A stretch of 64,000 nt of DNA, from IMG/VR virus record IMGVR_UViG_3300027769_001114, positions 66,482-130,481 of that record. One strand, written 5' to 3'. The translations under genes and the position numbers were made by a program. Below, piece by piece: positions 63,101 to 64,000 of the stretch (positions within the stretch are counted from its first letter, which is position 1; every line of letters starts with the position of its first letter). The notes below the pieces were generated by a model. It did not search any database. It was not told the DNA's origin and was given only the letters and a program-made list of their open reading frames with translations. This stretch comes from a virus.

Positions 63101-63183
63101 ACAGGGTGTTCTACGACACCAACGCAGTAAGTGCCGACGCACTCGAGGCACTCAAAAAAGCCATCGGGTCGGTGTCGCAATGA
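60136..63183 (+). CDS. HK97-family prohead protease with very long C-terminal extension
   Basis: GNKDSVGDIIIPGAF, WGHDW..PIG, EWSIGY, LKELELYEVSPVLHGAN. Confidence 0.88.
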   Translation: MADLSFKTMGGQVGVDDALGIVECFVAAIGNKDSVGDIIIPGAFNKSLKRRKPRVVWGHDWNQPIGKVIDIFEVSPSDPRLPMKMKQAGVGAVYARVQLNLKSERGREAFSFVQFFGEEQEWSIGYKTLDAVFDPKLQANILKELELYEVSPVLHGANQLTSTLSVKNDKGGDMRTDMPMVEGRPILDAEESDLRDSLLRIVSTHGRFNEDSQGVWAAYTPADENEVASIGVKCSNCVFYNADGSCDIIAMDIEPGGKCRFAVIPKGVVDVDVDDDDDDLKMWLPSGDSEERVKFLEDDDEYEESKAAPGADALNQIANIVGVDAPQENVTGDIARGYGPRRGNLERLLRYWRPIMKKPGGFRRCRVILADHPELYPLENICAWLHHETTGLWPNEGCHHPGMKNCKKKLKKGKRVIQGSLFSDAEFNNNLNNRFGKSYGNPYDEEGDDDEEMKGFMLALKDFMGEEPEFTDFLRDDDNWESEGEDEEGMSMVMPYAKKPGCGCGCGGLKSALDDDLFGIKAGRVLSSSNIAKLKQAAELINDVITIGEVQFKGAAFVLSVEDASDLVSHIAPVVSNYDLSVSVKSQTVTINEKNMTADAATAIDNAISSYTEWVDEDGYSVKGLGGMDPKARDADGDGMVQDNTVYQRPAGPKKLVSAAVSGVNAMKEKYKKESMKKLKDNEPTTVDEMFGVSGTLRGAFDKLFSPAVKISGSKHTGGIGPNNYLPRHDGMTGKPIKQHVSDNGKGKFSVWSELWNAVRKPYTGSSDDKKFHADDLMLDDVGRRDFIEQALRQAMELREAYGTIWDKKPSNTITGARAREIIKSQTKANPPFDPEFSRGVEKASPQEIMSAMIAMWESMALNAYSAHNHISQFQAEKLGTPDVDSLADDVKSEVKKLIKEREAAADNMYKWFKKSQDIKLRWYEKVDFLRAATKFAEQTKEIEARIASIMKSSGKKSLAVDGVTVKQHGEWIAPVVSYHGIGYTVKGDRVFYDTNAVSADALEALKKAIGSVSQ

Positions 63184-63286
63184 TGACGAACGGATGTTGT
63201 ACAGTTCAGGGCAGCGAAAAAAAGCTCTGTAGTACCCAGCAATGGGCAAACCAAATGACCCGCAGGGGATCACGGAGGACAGGAAA

Positions 63287-64000
63287 ATGAACCCAGAGAT
63301 CAGTCAGTCTATTGACGAAGAGGTTGAGGAAAAAGCCGTCGTACGCGTCAGCGCCATGGGCGAGGTCAAGGCGTGTGCCAAGGGCGATGTCGCCGGTTGT
63401 GGCTACAAGAAGGGCGACAAGGTCTGCGGCAAGTGCGGAGCTATGGCCGTCATGACCAAGGGCGCACCTACCGAGGACGAGGAATCCGAAATGGACGAGG
63501 AGATGTCCAAGGAAGAACTTGAACTCATGCCAATGAAGAAAAAACCCAAAATGGCATCCGTTGAAGACGAAGAGACTGAAGACGAAGAGACAGAAGTCGA
63601 AGAACGTACCGAGGGTAAGAAAATGCGCATGGAGCGCATGAACAAGATCGGTGTCAAGGACGCAAGTGATGACCACTTCATGTGTGCCTTTGACCGCAAG
63701 GTGCTCGCCCCCGAGTCGCCGGCCTGCGAAGGATGTAAGGGTGGTTGTTTTGCCGTCAAGGGTGGCGTTGACATTCTTGAAGTAGAAGCAATCGCAGAGA
63801 AGCAGTACGACGCAGAGGTTGTTGACTCTGGTTATAGCGACATCTTTGACAGGTTTGTAGTTGACCTTCGTAAAAAGGACGGCGAACTGATCGAGGCTTT
63901 CTACGACGGTTCCGGAAAAGATCGTGGCTGGCAGCCGATTGAAGAAGACGCAATCGCCTTCGCAGACGACGCCATCTCGCCGGACGAAGCAATCGACATC
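63287..64000 (+). CDS. acidic Cys-containing head-region protein (3' truncated)
   Basis: GGAGG..AGGA RBS; MNPEISQSIDEEVEEKAVVRV..., CGKCG; frame appears open to window end. Confidence 0.7.
   Translation, partial: MNPEISQSIDEEVEEKAVVRVSAMGEVKACAKGDVAGCGYKKGDKVCGKCGAMAVMTKGAPTEDEESEMDEEMSKEELELMPMKKKPKMASVEDEETEDEETEVEERTEGKKMRMERMNKIGVKDASDDHFMCAFDRKVLAPESPACEGCKGGCFAVKGGVDILEVEAIAEKQYDAEVVDSGYSDIFDRFVVDLRKKDGELIEAFYDGSGKDRGWQPIEEDAIAFADDAISPDEAIDI

Noticed and set aside
1-64000. Diversity-generating retroelement, retron or transposon
   Set aside because: No reverse transcriptase or transposase motifs and no template/variable repeat pair noticed

Overview
The window reads as 64 kb of a large tailed dsDNA phage of an actinobacterial host. 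The host call is inferred from two WhiB genes, DUF732-like lipoproteins and Thr-rich secreted proteins. No integrase, major capsid or large terminase is recognisable. Left to right: (1) a glycosyltransferase fragment and a tail-fibre-like gene; (2) an inverted operon (1960-10101) of Gly-rich fibre-like proteins, one with long Gly-X-X tracts and a His-rich insert, followed by two 2OG-Fe(II) oxygenases, a flavin-dependent halogenase and a methyltransferase-like ORF; (3) a large surface protein and a lysis cassette; (4) regulators, a phosphoesterase, an HslV-like peptidase, a primase-helicase and a candidate origin; (5) a 31-kb region (about 25.5-57 kb) of small genes in both orientations; (6) tRNA-Arg(CCU), two secreted lytic transglycosylase-like genes and a 1015-aa prohead-protease protein. 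In region 5, about 35 genes start from the same GACC-AAGGA-GGTC hairpin ribosome-binding element. They are driven by two repeated promoter types: about 18 sigma70-like TTGAC-17-YAYGAT-TGTCAA units and 9 fixed-spacing GCGCACAC-14-ATCGTTMTA units. These cassettes are interleaved with compositionally different blocks (SNF2 helicase, PAPS-reductase-like, YhhQ plus TGT-like, SSB). The strongest novelty candidates are this modular expression-cassette system and the Gly/His fibre plus tailoring-enzyme operon. All product calls come from motif recognition by eye, not database searches, and motif counts are manual.
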